Position numbers and translations under genes: made by a program | DNA from: a virus | Taxonomy: Duplodnaviria; Caudoviricetes | DNA: 64,000 nucleotides | IMG/VR virus record: IMGVR_UViG_3300037067_016777 | Coordinates: 1 to 64,000 of that record | Reading direction: 5' to 3' (one strand) | Notes under the pieces: generated by a model | Databases searched by the model: none | The model's input: the letters and a program-made list of their open reading frames with translations, nothing else | What the model was told of the DNA's origin: nothing | Shown: positions 11,110 through 21,197 of the stretch, piece by piece | How the letters are laid out: each line of letters opens with the position of its first letter | Position numbering within the stretch: the first letter of the stretch is position 1

Positions 11110-11353
11110 AGTCTTCTGTCTTGCTCCAACCAACGGGCCAAACTATTCGATCTCGAAATTCCGGCCATTGACTTTCTTCCACAGACTCACGGTAAGCAAT
11201 GCCGGAGCCTTCAGCAAACAATGAACTCATCAGCGCTTCACGCACATCCGCGAAACCCTCCTCGCTCAATCCCTCGTCGCGGTAATGATCGAGGCAACAG
11301 GCGACCGCATAGGTACATTCCTTGACGATGTGCTCATGGGTTCGTCGATTCAT
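11102..11353 (-). CDS. Hypothetical protein
   Basis: Coupled ORF. Confidence 0.6.
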   Translation of the reverse strand: MNRRTHEHIVKECTYAVACCLDHYRDEGLSEEGFADVREALMSSLFAEGSGIAYRESVEESQWPEFRDRIVWPVGWSKTEDYD

Positions 11354-11373
11354 ACCTAAAGACTTTCAACTTG

Positions 11374-11688
11374 TCAAGATCGGCTAAAGCGATCAATACG
11401 TCCTGCCTCTGTGTAGCTTATATCAGCGATATCGTCGCCGTTGCTTGATTCCCATTCGACCCAAGATCCATTTGGATCTTCTGTCTTATCGTCTTCGTCG
11501 AATTCTTCAAGACCGCCGCAATTGCAGTGATCGTCACTAAGAATATTAAACTCGACCAAATGATTGTCGTAGTCAGCCAGCACATTAAGGACTTTTTTCG
11601 CTTCTACTAATCCCGAGACATCGATATAGAACGATTTGTCGTTAAAAGCTGGGTTCCACCAAACACGAAGTTTCTTTGTGTTGGCCAT
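11374..11688 (-). CDS. P22 gp17-like ('superinfection exclusion') protein
   Basis: KLRVWW.P...F.I.V..L.EA...L..LADYD....DHCN.GGLE.FD...WVEW matches the remembered P22 gp17 pattern. Confidence 0.65.
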   Translation of the reverse strand: MANTKKLRVWWNPAFNDKSFYIDVSGLVEAKKVLNVLADYDNHLVEFNILSDDHCNCGGLEEFDEDDKTEDPNGSWVEWESSNGDDIADISYTEAGRIDRFSRS

Positions 11689-11707
11689 GATAGCGTCGGT
11701 TATATTC

Positions 11708-12766
11708 CTAGTTAAGTGTGATACCGTATCTAGACTCACAGATTTGTTTATACAAGGCCGCAATCTTTTTACGATCTGGTGAATCTCGTAGTGTCGACGC
11801 TTTGCAGAGAGCATCCAATCTTGTATCCAGTCCGTCTGCAATAGCTTCAATATCCTCATACTTCCATTCGCCTCTCAAAATCCCTCGCAATTCTTCTGCG
11901 TCGGGACGTCTCACTAAGACCTTCTGGTCGCGTAGGATCTCTTCGGCCATACGAGATAGCCGAATGAGATGCATGCTATGTTTCACATCGTAGCCATACT
12001 TACGTTCTAGCTCCTTACGAGCCGGATTGCGTTCCTTGTCCCATTTGCGGTATGAATTCCAGATTTGCAGCGCCGTAGCATATCGCTTTTCTTGGGCGAC
12101 TTGATCTTTCGAACCATCAGCAGTCCATTCGTCTGGGAGTGATAGAATGGCATTTTGATGTTCCTTGGGGATCTTACTATTTTCAGGTAGGCCAAACTCT
12201 TGCCGAGTTGGTTGGTGTGTCGGCGGGTTGATCAGATAACCACGATGCGTCTTGATACGCTTGAGTTGTTGAATAGCATAACCAGCAAACGTCCAGCGAG
12301 CCTTCTTCGACAGGAATAAGTCGCGATGCGATCTTATCAGTTCCCATTCCGGCGTACAGATATCAATGAGATCATCGACGTAGAGAAATTCGATGATGTT
12401 CGGGTTGCAGTCGGCAGCGAGTTTCAAGAACTTTCGCAGTTCTTGTAATTCCGAATCTTCACCCGGCTGATGCACCGTTTCAACTGATAGTGACAGATCA
12501 CCACGGTCAGTAGCTAGAGCAGCTTCAATCGAGTTCCTGGCTGCATGTAGGTCGGCGGCATCAATAGCATCTAATGCACTATGCAACGCCTGCTTGATGG
12601 TTCCAGAGCCTACGAAACTCGTTTGAAATATGTCAAATGCGGCAGATAGCGGCGCGATGAAGACGCCTCGCTTATCGATGTCACTATCAGGTCGATTCGT
12701 TCCATATTGATGGGAACCGGATACGAATTGGAAAATACAATGTTTGATAGCTTCGTCGTAGTGCAT
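11708..12766 (-). CDS. Pol-beta superfamily nucleotidyltransferase (Nuc-transf/RlaP-like)
   Basis: SGSH.YG.N.PDSD.D.RGVF, NPNIIE.L and YDVKH.MHL.RL motifs. Confidence 0.85.
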   Translation of the reverse strand: MHYDEAIKHCIFQFVSGSHQYGTNRPDSDIDKRGVFIAPLSAAFDIFQTSFVGSGTIKQALHSALDAIDAADLHAARNSIEAALATDRGDLSLSVETVHQPGEDSELQELRKFLKLAADCNPNIIEFLYVDDLIDICTPEWELIRSHRDLFLSKKARWTFAGYAIQQLKRIKTHRGYLINPPTHQPTRQEFGLPENSKIPKEHQNAILSLPDEWTADGSKDQVAQEKRYATALQIWNSYRKWDKERNPARKELERKYGYDVKHSMHLIRLSRMAEEILRDQKVLVRRPDAEELRGILRGEWKYEDIEAIADGLDTRLDALCKASTLRDSPDRKKIAALYKQICESRYGITLN

Positions 12767-12778
12767 TATTTCTTTCTG

Positions 12779-13303
12779 CTACGGCGATAATGCCGTATAA
12801 CTAGCGTTGCTTTGCTGTAGTACGAAATTATCAAGATAGTTCGTTAAAGGTAGCCCCATGACCGATATCAGCCCCTCGATACCCTCTTCTACGCGGTCTT
12901 TCAACCGTTTCAATCGACGCTTACGCTCATGATACGGTTGTTCGTGTAAGTGTCTTTTATCTCTTTTAGCGTGATTTGAAAGTGGTAGGCCCGCTCTGGT
13001 CGAAGCGAGATGCTTATCAGCCTTTGTAAGTTTACATTCTATCCTACCGCGAGCTTGGTTGCAAGCATAACACGCAATCACTTTGCGGATCGCTTGAAGC
13101 TCACCACGTCTATTTCTTCTGATAATGCCTAGATCACGCTCTTGTCTTCGTTCATCAAGTTTACTATACAGATGGTCTACCGTCGCAGTATCGTCTGGTG
13201 TAGTTTCATGGTTAGCGGGAATTACTAACCTGGTCGGACGCCGACACCAATAACAGTGCGAATCCTTTAGCCATAGACGTTCACGTAGACTGAACCTACC
13301 CAT
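12779..13303 (-). CDS. HNH endonuclease
   Basis: CYWC...TVDHL...ACYACN..RG. Confidence 0.8.
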   Translation of the reverse strand: MGRFSLRERLWLKDSHCYWCRRPTRLVIPANHETTPDDTATVDHLYSKLDERRQERDLGIIRRNRRGELQAIRKVIACYACNQARGRIECKLTKADKHLASTRAGLPLSNHAKRDKRHLHEQPYHERKRRLKRLKDRVEEGIEGLISVMGLPLTNYLDNFVLQQSNASYTALSP

Positions 13304-13308
13304 AAAAG

Positions 13309-13337
13309 TTTATAGCACCAAGGAGCTAATTACTTAA
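13309..13337 (-). promoter_or_regulatory. Conserved phage promoter (leaderless)
   Basis: TTAAGT-17bp(..TGGTGC)-TATAAA; ATG 5 nt downstream. Confidence 0.65.
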
Positions 13338-13596
13338 TAAGAATGATAGGTTGGGCTTGAGTACCAACTAGGCTCGGTAAAACGACGATCTAACCTGCAC
13401 ATGTCGCCTTTAGTAGATTCCATTGAATGGCTTGCCGCCAGTGTCGTTTCAACTGGGGTCCGGCCCGGTCGCATTGTAACCACCATACCGCCCCGAAGCA
13501 TCTCTGTGTCACCACAGACGGGCAGCTTGAAATCTTGAACCAGCACTACTAAATGCCGCACACCCTTCTGTGCTGCTACCATTCAGCAATAAAATA

Positions 13597-14211
13597 CTAT
13601 CGCCCGGTGAAACTACCTATTTCTTCGTGAGCACGGTCAGATAGGCTAGATAAGGCCGTGTGTCTCAAATTAGCCTTAGAAACCGGAACATCCGGTCTAG
13701 TAGCTAATAGTTTCAGAGTAGATCTATCTATCTCATAGCCGTTCTGCACCTTCTTATAGGCTTTGCTTGCACTCAGAGCACGAGCCTCTTCAGGAGTCAG
13801 CCCAAACCGTTTCACCACAACATCAATACCGGTCCAGATCGAGTTATATGGCATATTTTGTGGCATAGCATCCAGCTTCTGAAGGACCGACGCCATCAAT
13901 CTTGATTCGTCTGATTCGGTTAGCCCATAGAATTTGGCTGATTGTGGATAGTACTTTCTGATAATCTTTTCACCCTGCTCAACGCCTTTTTGTTCCCAGT
14001 CGTTAAGTTTTCTGTACTTAGAGATCTTGCGTAAGAGATCCATTCGCTTTATAGCTGCATGTTCATATCGCTCACCCATACCGCTTTGAGTGCAACACCT
14101 AGCATCGGCTTGCTTCAATGCCTGCTCAAGACGCCATAATTCAGTACGTGGAGATTTTGGTGTCTTCATGCCAGATAATGCAGACTCTAATAATTTATCG
14201 AAGCTTCGCAT
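13597..14211 (-). CDS. Hypothetical protein, possible internal virion protein
   Basis: GAGGAG RBS; N-terminus MRSFDKLLE. Confidence 0.7.
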   Translation of the reverse strand: MRSFDKLLESALSGMKTPKSPRTELWRLEQALKQADARCCTQSGMGERYEHAAIKRMDLLRKISKYRKLNDWEQKGVEQGEKIIRKYYPQSAKFYGLTESDESRLMASVLQKLDAMPQNMPYNSIWTGIDVVVKRFGLTPEEARALSASKAYKKVQNGYEIDRSTLKLLATRPDVPVSKANLRHTALSSLSDRAHEEIGSFTGR

Positions 14212-14396
14212 TTGACTTCTCCTCGGTATAGTCGCCATCCGATTATATTTTTGGGCGGTTCTGGTTCTGGTTCGACGAATTCGCCTAGATATTCCTGCCT
14301 AAATTGGTGTTCGGCATCTCCACAAGCCTTAAAAAATGGATTTGGTGCCTTATTAGGCGTCGAGACAAACGAGCACTTTTGTATTTCATCAGGCAT
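14187..14396 (-). CDS. Hypothetical protein
   Basis: AAGGAG RBS before MPDE. Confidence 0.5.
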   Translation of the reverse strand: MPDEIQKCSFVSTPNKAPNPFFKACGDAEHQFRQEYLGEFVEPEPEPPKNIIGWRLYRGEVKCEASINY

Positions 14397-14554
14397 TGAG
14401 AGGGTCTCCTTGGTATCTCCTGCTGTTTTCTTAGTATTTTCTTTGCACTCTGTTATATCAAATACGGGCAAAACACAGTTCAAGGAAAACAAAAAGAGGA
14501 AACAAAAGAAAGCCGTTTTGCGCTCCTGGTAGTATTTTATCGATAGGGCTACGC

Positions 14555-14821
14555 ATGAATATAATACTAATTTATAAAGCTGAATTTGAACGGATGGGTT
14601 CTGGTTCTTTGGTTGGTAGGGTAGCTACAAGTTTCCCTCCCTCCGAAGTTACTATCAAATTCGAACAGACTTCATTATATTGGCGAAAGGCCAATAATGG
14701 CCCAGAGGAGATTATTGTCCCAGAATATCTTCCGATGTGCTTGTGTGGAGATATCGTCGAACTGATAAGACTTGGATATAATCTGACGATTGATGAGTTT
14801 AACCCATTACAGCAAACATGA
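14555..14821 (+). CDS. Hypothetical protein
   Basis: First ORF of a long plus-strand run. Confidence 0.55.
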   Translation: MNIILIYKAEFERMGSGSLVGRVATSFPPSEVTIKFEQTSLYWRKANNGPEEIIVPEYLPMCLCGDIVELIRLGYNLTIDEFNPLQQT

Positions 14822-15066
14822 CGCCAAGAGAATATACACTTCACAGAATAATATTACTCGGCATAGAGATTAAAGGCCGTGAAGGTCGAGATGACTATAG
14901 AGTGCAAGCACTCAGATCGCTCTATTTAGCACTTAAAACAGATCCAGGCGATGCATCGCCTCACGTTACTATCGCTCGCAAAGGATTCTCAGGATTAGAC
15001 TTACTCCACCTCGACCGAATTTTAGTTGACGAAAAGAGTATAGTTCAACTAACACAACGGAGATAG
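14818..15066 (+). CDS. Hypothetical protein
   Basis: ATGA coupling. Confidence 0.55.
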   Translation: MTPREYTLHRIILLGIEIKGREGRDDYRVQALRSLYLALKTDPGDASPHVTIARKGFSGLDLLHLDRILVDEKSIVQLTQRR

Positions 15067-15070
15067 AATT

Positions 15071-15247
15071 ATGTGGTGGATTTGGGCACTAGTTATACTA
15101 GGAATATACTTAATAGCCTCGTTTTTCACCACTATTTGGTATATTATGGCTCCAACTGTGAAACCATCAAGGCTCCTTGATGGTTTCTGTTATCCCGTAG
15201 GGCTGATTATTGTAGTGTGGGCCGCCCTAACACGCAGAATCAGATGA
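15071..15247 (+). CDS. Small membrane protein
   Basis: 58-aa ORF below the track cut-off (MWWIWALVILGILLIAS...); GGAG RBS. Confidence 0.5.
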   Translation: MWWIWALVILGIYLIASFFTTIWYIMAPTVKPSRLLDGFCYPVGLIIVVWAALTRRIR

Positions 15248-15268
15248 ATCTTGTATTAGGAATCAATA

Positions 15269-15556
15269 ATGCGATATGCTGACAACTACTGCACATACAC
15301 AGAGGGAGAACAAGACGGCATTGGTACCTATATCTATACCGGTAAGTGTATAGTTACCAAAAAGGACTATAGTGTTGTTGTGTTAGGCCCAGAATTATTT
15401 GCCTATCGTCGGGGTGCGAAACTACAAGATGCTTTCATAAGTCTTTCGCCTGGTGATAGGGAATTCTTGCATTCTGGTATTTCGCCAGAGGGCTGGGAGA
15501 AAACATTCTCGGAGGTCGATGTAGATGAAGAACTTCCTGAAGATTCTTGTTGCTAG
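15269..15556 (+). CDS. Hypothetical protein
   Basis: QDAF..LS..DREFL.SGI.PE.W phage-type motif. Confidence 0.7.
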   Translation: MRYADNYCTYTEGEQDGIGTYIYTGKCIVTKKDYSVVVLGPELFAYRRGAKLQDAFISLSPGDREFLHSGISPEGWEKTFSEVDVDEELPEDSCC

Positions 15557-15732
15557 ATGGCGTTTGTTGTGGAATTTGTGCCCTGAGTGTAATTCTGACG
15601 CCCCGCTATGCGATAATTGTAGGGTGTGCAATAGCAGAAGAGCATATCGGCCATCTAAAGAGACGAAACAAGAATGGTGGGAGACATGGTGGAGTTTACA
15701 TATCGATAAATGACTACAGAGGGGATTAAGAG

Positions 15733-16161
15733 ATGTATAAGCTAGAAGTAGAACTGGACGGCATTCAAGCAAGAGTTGTTATCAACGCCCTTGATCTGTT
15801 TGCTCGAATCCACATGGGCCAAATAGACGCAATCGCCAACGTTCTATCCGAGGGAGATTATACGCCAGAGCAGATAGATAATGTTAGATCACTCTGCAAA
15901 GAGATTAAAACCGAACTAGGTCATCATGCGAATGGTTCTTACGGTATTTATAACTCCAAAGTCCCCGTAGACGGTCGTGCAGCTTGGGATATCCAGTGCG
16001 TTATTAGAAAAGCCATTGCCGAGGTCGAGAATCATAGCCCTCATAGCGTTTGGCATCATGGTTCTCTTCACGCCGCAAAAGAAGTGCCTCTAATTAAATG
16101 TACAATTCAAGTTATTCAACAAGAGAAATCACATCCTCTATTCGATGAAGGATTTGGATAA
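15733..16161 (+). CDS. Hypothetical protein
   Basis: GAGGGG RBS; 142 aa. Confidence 0.7.
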   Translation: MYKLEVELDGIQARVVINALDLFARIHMGQIDAIANVLSEGDYTPEQIDNVRSLCKEIKTELGHHANGSYGIYNSKVPVDGRAAWDIQCVIRKAIAEVENHSPHSVWHHGSLHAAKEVPLIKCTIQVIQQEKSHPLFDEGFG

Positions 16162-16429
16162 TATGCCAGAAGCTATTTTAGGAGAATTAGGATTTCAAAA
16201 GGAGCTCGAGCAGCTTATCAATAAGTACTCTATTGAGAATGAGAGTAATACACCTGACTTCATTTTAGCTCTATATGTCCGTCTTTGTCTCTCTGCATTC
16301 AATGAAGCTATTAGCAAACGAGAAACTTGGTATGGCCATTCGCATATTCCTGGCTCTCTTGATACTAATAAAATAAGAAATGCTGTACTTGTGCAAGACT
16401 TTGCTGATCGTCTACAAGACAATCAATAG
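16145..16429 (+). CDS. Conserved phage hypothetical protein
   Basis: LIN.YS.EN.SNTPDFILA.Y motif. Confidence 0.7.
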   Translation: MKDLDNMPEAILGELGFQKELEQLINKYSIENESNTPDFILALYVRLCLSAFNEAISKRETWYGHSHIPGSLDTNKIRNAVLVQDFADRLQDNQ

Positions 16430-16438
16430 TGAGATGTT

Positions 16439-16702
16439 ATGCTTATTAAATGTCTTGTCTGTGGTAAGGTCTTAGAGCCTATTGCTGATGACCACAACAT
16501 GGCTACAGTTAAAGCCAGACCGTGGATGGCATTATACATTAATGCAAACACCTGGGAAGTATCTTGTAATTATGGGAGTTGTCATGATACCGACAAATTT
16601 ATGCTCGGCCTATGCGACGACTGTATATCGATCAAGATAGATGCTGGGTTGCTCATCCATAATGGTACTATTCGCAACGATATAGAAGACATTATTTGGT
16701 AA
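16439..16702 (+). CDS. Cys-rich hypothetical protein
   Basis: CLVC...YGS.HD...CDDC. Confidence 0.65.
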   Translation: MLIKCLVCGKVLEPIADDHNMATVKARPWMALYINANTWEVSCNYGSCHDTDKFMLGLCDDCISIKIDAGLLIHNGTIRNDIEDIIW

Positions 16703-16708
16703 GAGATT

Positions 16709-16957
16709 GTGTCTACAGCGCCACTCTTGAAAGTCGAATTTTCTTGTACATTATTCACAGTCAAGTTAGTGCTTACTGGTAATATTATCACTACCGCTGC
16801 CCCTATTGTCCGTAGATTCGAAGGGCAACCGCTAATTAACCTTATATCTTGGGTCAGAACCAAGGATGATGGAAGAATTATTATTGGCGTATTAAAGGAA
16901 GAGCAGAAGCCAGATCTAAAGGAACTTCTGAAGAGAATTATAGCGGAGAAGATATGA
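16709..16957 (+). CDS. Hypothetical protein
   Basis: ORF in operon. Confidence 0.5.
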   Translation: MSTAPLLKVEFSCTLFTVKLVLTGNIITTAAPIVRRFEGQPLINLISWVRTKDDGRIIIGVLKEEQKPDLKELLKRIIAEKI

Positions 16958-17139
16958 AGTGCCAGACTACTCGTATGTTCGAAAACTGCCAGAATGAGGC
17001 TACTACTGAGGTCGCGATGCTTCATGGTAACGTCGTCCATCTTTGTGATAGATGTGCGAAATACATACAGATCTGTTCAGAAATCCTAGAGCATATTGAT
17101 AGAGAAATCATCAAAAGCTTAAAGGAAATAAATTCCTGA
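16954..17139 (+). CDS. Small Zn-binding hypothetical protein
   Basis: C..C..HLCDRC. Confidence 0.55.
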   Translation: MKCQTTRMFENCQNEATTEVAMLHGNVVHLCDRCAKYIQICSEILEHIDREIIKSLKEINS

Positions 17140-17154
17140 TAAAGGAACTCTAAT

Positions 17155-17445
17155 ATGAAAACACTTTACATTGCTTACGCCGGTGATAAGGTTATTGCCG
17201 AGCACATTGCAAAAATCCTTAATGTTCAATTCGGCAGTGATACGACGCATTTCGAACCCACAAGCGATAGCAAAGGTAGCAAAAACAGTTGTTGTATTTA
17301 TGCTACTGTTAGCGATACTGAACGTTGCCAAGAATTAGAGAAATGGACTTGGTTCACGGTTGGAGCACGTGAGGCGCTCATTTTTCAATCGACTGGGTGC
17401 ATATCCAAGAAGCCTAGTAAGGATCGAAAATGTGGACTACAGTAG
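17155..17445 (+). CDS. Hypothetical protein
   Basis: AAGGA RBS. Confidence 0.55.
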   Translation: MKTLYIAYAGDKVIAEHIAKILNVQFGSDTTHFEPTSDSKGSKNSCCIYATVSDTERCQELEKWTWFTVGAREALIFQSTGCISKKPSKDRKCGLQ

Positions 17446-18050
17446 AAATTAATAGCAAGAGAGCAGGCAAGCTTGTCAAAGAAGCTGGGTTTACTCTGAC
17501 TTGGCTCAAACAGAAGGCAGACATAGAATTATCCCCTCGTCTATTGATGACCTACATCTATGGTCGTATCCTTATTATTTTAGAGACTCAATATGAACAA
17601 GAATTAGAGGGATATATCCTGCCCTCGGACGAGATAACTCTTAGTCGTTCTCGCAAGAAACCAGAGCCACGCGTCTTTAGGGAACCGAAGCCGGTAGTAG
17701 AGTTCAAGCCTAGCAAGAAACCTGAAGAGGTCGAGAGCCCTATTGCTCCTATGCCAGATAAGCTTCGTGATAGACTCTCTCCACGCGAACTAGAGATGTT
17801 TGAGATTATAGGAGAGGGGCTTAATTTTCTCGATTCCTATTGGAGTCCTATTGCTCTCTACCATTATGTTGCGGAAAGATGCTTTCTGACTAACAAATCA
17901 GGTCCTGCTGTTTATTCTCTCCGCAATTGTCTTCTGCTCATTCTTAATGATATTAAAGTTAGGGCTACTCCCGAATTTGAGTCTCTTATTATTCTCCCTG
18001 ATCCTCTCCCCTATTGGGACTTTGAAGAAGAAATTAGTAGGATTTTCTAA
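17430..18050 (+). CDS. Hypothetical protein
   Basis: 206-aa ORF. Confidence 0.65.
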   Translation: MWTTVEINSKRAGKLVKEAGFTLTWLKQKADIELSPRLLMTYIYGRILIILETQYEQELEGYILPSDEITLSRSRKKPEPRVFREPKPVVEFKPSKKPEEVESPIAPMPDKLRDRLSPRELEMFEIIGEGLNFLDSYWSPIALYHYVAERCFLTNKSGPAVYSLRNCLLLILNDIKVRATPEFESLIILPDPLPYWDFEEEISRIF

Positions 18051-18266
18051 ATGGCTGAACACACAGTAAGAATTGATGATCAAGTATGGCCATCTCTGCA
18101 TGTTGGAGATATAGAGCGCCTTTTGAGATATGGCTCAACATCTGAGATTATAGGCGTTCGATTTACGGCTGCCTCTATTGTCGCCGCTTATCGCACTTTG
18201 CTTACTCTCCCTTCGAAAGATAGAGACAGTCTTGTCAAGAAAATTGTTTCAGCATCTAATGGATAG
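18051..18266 (+). CDS. Hypothetical protein
   Basis: Abuts the previous stop codon. Confidence 0.6.
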   Translation: MAEHTVRIDDQVWPSLHVGDIERLLRYGSTSEIIGVRFTAASIVAAYRTLLTLPSKDRDSLVKKIVSASNG

Positions 18267-18316
18267 GAATGAGAATAAATATATGATGGACTCTAATTTC
18301 AACAACGAGGCCCATC

Positions 18317-18646
18317 ATGATACAACAAATAGATGCTGGCGACGGAGTGAAGGTAGGAGCCCTCTATGATATCCTTTATCAAGGCACGCTTATTTTCATG
18401 GGCTTTTACATCAAGCAAGAGAAGGGCCGCTTATGCTTCTTTTGCTTCGATTACAATTGCCAGGGTGATTATCTCTATTTCCCTGTCGATAACATTATAG
18501 TTTTAGAACGAGAGGGTGAGAATCTCGCTGAACTTGCTAGAATCATTTATTCGCGTTGTGAAAAGATTAGCTTGCTCATCCATCTTATGAAATGGGACAA
18601 TAATGTTGAATTTCTCCTTACCCGCGTCCGCAAACAATTCGAATAA
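18317..18646 (+). CDS. Hypothetical protein
   Basis: GAGG RBS. Confidence 0.55.
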   Translation: MIQQIDAGDGVKVGALYDILYQGTLIFMGFYIKQEKGRLCFFCFDYNCQGDYLYFPVDNIIVLEREGENLAELARIIYSRCEKISLLIHLMKWDNNVEFLLTRVRKQFE

Positions 18647-18887
18647 TAGTATAATCCCTTTAGGCTATTATAGGCATTACAAAGGGACTGTCTATTTTGT
18701 TATAGGAGAGGCTACTCATACCGAAACGGGCGAGCAGATGGTTGTTTATCATCAAGGGAGCGATAATCTCCAGATATGGGCTCGCCCCAAGGCTATGTTT
18801 CTTGAACTTGTTGAGGTCGACAATAGGAAAGTTCCTCGCTTCGAATATATTCCCCTATCTCCTACTGACAATGATGAACCTATCTAA
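18603..18887 (+). CDS. DUF1653 family protein
   Basis: GYYRHYKG..Y.V.G.A.HTET.E.MVVY...WARP..MF. Confidence 0.85.
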   Translation: MLNFSLPASANNSNNSIIPLGYYRHYKGTVYFVIGEATHTETGEQMVVYHQGSDNLQIWARPKAMFLELVEVDNRKVPRFEYIPLSPTDNDEPI

Positions 18888-19104
18888 ATCCGAAATATCA
18901 CAGGTTCTTCGTGGTACCCCCTATTCTCTTCGCGAAGATGTTGAACCAATTGATGGGGATGTATGTCATTGCTGGGCTCCGCATCCCTTTCAACCTTGGA
19001 CTATGCAACAAGTCGATATAACTCTATCCTCTATTGTTGCAAAGAAGGCCAAAGACGATAGGACAACCCCAGAAGAGGTCGAACTATACGCAAGCGAGAT
19101 CTAG
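18874..19104 (+). CDS. Hypothetical protein
   Basis: Likely internal start of the 18742..19104 ORF. Confidence 0.45.
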   Translation: MNLSKSEISQVLRGTPYSLREDVEPIDGDVCHCWAPHPFQPWTMQQVDITLSSIVAKKAKDDRTTPEEVELYASEI

Positions 19105-19120
19105 AATAGGAGTATAGGAT

Positions 19121-19441
19121 ATGGCTTCTTATCAAGAGATTCGTGATAGGGGAGATAGGTTGCTCGAAGAGGCCAAGAAAGACCAGAAGGTTATCGTTAC
19201 GGCTATCCAAATTCAATTTAAACCGGGAGATAAGGTAGAATATATCTCCGCTTCCGGAAAATCCTATACTGCTACCGTCATCGAAATCCCAGAGAACCCT
19301 TGGCACCTTTCGACATCTCTCCCTACCCTCTCCCTTGTTTTTCGAGATGAGACAGGGCGACTTATTCGAAAGAAGAGAGTATTACCTATCTCCGCATCCC
19401 TCCATAACCGTAAAGTCTATCGGGAAGTGCAGAGACCATGA
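19121..19441 (+). CDS. Hypothetical protein
   Basis: AGGA RBS; KPGDKVEY SH3-like start. Confidence 0.65.
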   Translation: MASYQEIRDRGDRLLEEAKKDQKVIVTAIQIQFKPGDKVEYISASGKSYTATVIEIPENPWHLSTSLPTLSLVFRDETGRLIRKKRVLPISASLHNRKVYREVQRP

Positions 19442-19710
19442 AGGGTAAGGAGAAAGCCAGACACCAAAAGGCCGACTCACCCTATATTGGCAACTTTATT
19501 CATAGATACTTTGAAACTAGGACATGCCGAAGGATGAAAGAAATAGAGACCGATATCAAGATAATCAAACCCGTTAGACTCTTGGTAACAGGCGGACGAA
19601 CCTATTGGGATGAAGAAGAACTTTATAAGACTCTAGATAGGGTTGCCGAAGACGATTCTAGAGCCCATGACCGCGAAATCATCAAAAACCTACAGGAATT
19701 ATCCAAATGA
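19438..19710 (+). CDS. Hypothetical protein ending in a SLOG-like fragment
   Basis: RLLVTGGRTY.DEEELYKTLDRV resembles the N-terminus of 20151..20510. Confidence 0.5.
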   Translation: MKGKEKARHQKADSPYIGNFIHRYFETRTCRRMKEIETDIKIIKPVRLLVTGGRTYWDEEELYKTLDRVAEDDSRAHDREIIKNLQELSK

Positions 19711-19931
19711 CCATAAAGATTCTCGTCCTATTCCTCATTATCCCTATTATTCTTAGCGTCCTTTTCGGCGTCCTTGGTTCGCTTTTTGATGGATATTTCG
19801 GCACCGAGCTTACTGGCCCGTTATTCGGGAGAGTCCTTCACACGGTTGCCACCCAATTCTGTGGCGTCCTTTGGGCTGGATATCTCTATTTCGCCGTTTG
19901 GCTCTTAGTGAGAAGACAGAAGAATGCCTAG
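19707..19931 (+). CDS. Small two-TM membrane protein
   Basis: Two hydrophobic stretches; ATGA coupling. Confidence 0.6.
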   Translation: MTIKILVLFLIIPIILSVLFGVLGSLFDGYFGTELTGPLFGRVLHTVATQFCGVLWAGYLYFAVWLLVRRQKNA

Positions 19932-20150
19932 CTTACTTGAAATCCTCGAAGAACAGTATCGTTATGCCCGCCCTCTCATGGGTATCGTCCCCTCAATATT
20001 CACTGTCTTACGTGTTCTTATTAGATGGCCCTTTATTGGCCTTGATGGTCGAGAAAGATATCGATATGCCGTCAAGAAGAGAAGGAACACAAAAGGACTC
20101 TAGCGTTTTCGAAAAGTCCGAGAGTCGAGACAACGCGATAAAGTAATAAG

Positions 20151-20510
20151 ATGATAGTTCTTGTATGTGGAGGAAGAGAGTACGACGATAAGGAGAGATT
20201 GTATCAGGTTTTAGATAGGATAGCAAGTAAAGTGGAGATTGAGGTCGTCGTACACGGAGCAGCACGAGGAGCAGATGTTTTAGCGGGTTTCTGGGCTGCA
20301 GATAGAGGAGTAGAAGTAAGGATACATCCCGCAGATTGGATTAGGTACGGTAAGCGTGCTGGATATTTACGGAACATGGAGATGCTTGAGGAACATCCAG
20401 ATCTTATTGTTGCATTTCCAGGCGGTAAGGGAACGGCTAATATGGTTAGATTGGCCCGTAAAGCTGGCGTTCCTGTGATTGACTTTAGTAGAGGATTTCG
20501 AAAGAATTGA
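20151..20510 (+). CDS. SLOG superfamily DUF2493/YspA-like protein
   Basis: VLVCGGR.Y...[11 protein letters not shown]...PADW.RYGK.AG..RN..ML...AFPGG.GT. Confidence 0.88.
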   Translation: MIVLVCGGREYDDKERLYQVLDRIASKVEIEVVVHGAARGADVLAGFWAADRGVEVRIHPADWIRYGKRAGYLRNMEMLEEHPDLIVAFPGGKGTANMVRLARKAGVPVIDFSRGFRKN

Positions 20511-20800
20511 TATAGGGGATATAAGCCCAGTACTAGAAATTATCCCCATTTAGCTGACTCTAGCTATTCGAAAAGAGCAAGAATTGCTAGAGGAGACGGA
20601 AGAGTCATTACAACAGAGGATAAAGAGATGACACGAAGAGCTACACGATTCAGCAGAGAAGGCAATAACAGCAGTACGAGATGATTGTTCTATACCATTT
20701 GATTGTACGTTAGCGGCTTTACAGGGTCTAAGGAACCATATCGAATCGTGTATAGCGTTTATTCAGGAGCAGGATGATATAAGGATAGAGGTGGTGGTGG

Positions 20801-21097
20801 ATGATGGCTGTCTACGTAGATGAATTGTTTGATACAGAGAGAACGAAACAATGGCCATATCCCAAAGCTTGCCACTTAACTGCAGATACGCTTGATGAGT
20901 TACATGAGTTCGCAATAAAAGTGGGATTGAGACGCCAATGGTTTCAACCCCATAAGCGCCATCCCCATTATGACCTGACAGAAGGTCGCAGACGAATAGC
21001 AGTTCGACTAAGTGCCGTTTCGACTGACTCTAGAACACTCACTAAGAGCAAGATGATAAAGATCGAACAACAAACTACAACAGAGGAAGGAAAATAG
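20801..21097 (+). CDS. DUF4031 family protein
   Basis: MAVYVD...CHL.ADTLDELH.FA..GL.R.WFQ...HYDL. Confidence 0.85.
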   Translation: MMAVYVDELFDTERTKQWPYPKACHLTADTLDELHEFAIKVGLRRQWFQPHKRHPHYDLTEGRRRIAVRLSAVSTDSRTLTKSKMIKIEQQTTTEEGK

Positions 21098-21197
21098 AAC
21101 AGGAGAAAAGAGAAGAAAATGATAGAAACGTATTGGCGTTAATCTAGAGAACATAGAAGAATGTGAGCTTCCTGCAGAAGATGAGCCAGGGTAAAGT

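Noticed and set aside
13334-13582. 82-aa minus-strand ORF
   Set aside because: No RBS or motif and atypical composition; not reported as a CDS, although its stop coincides with a promoter TTAA.
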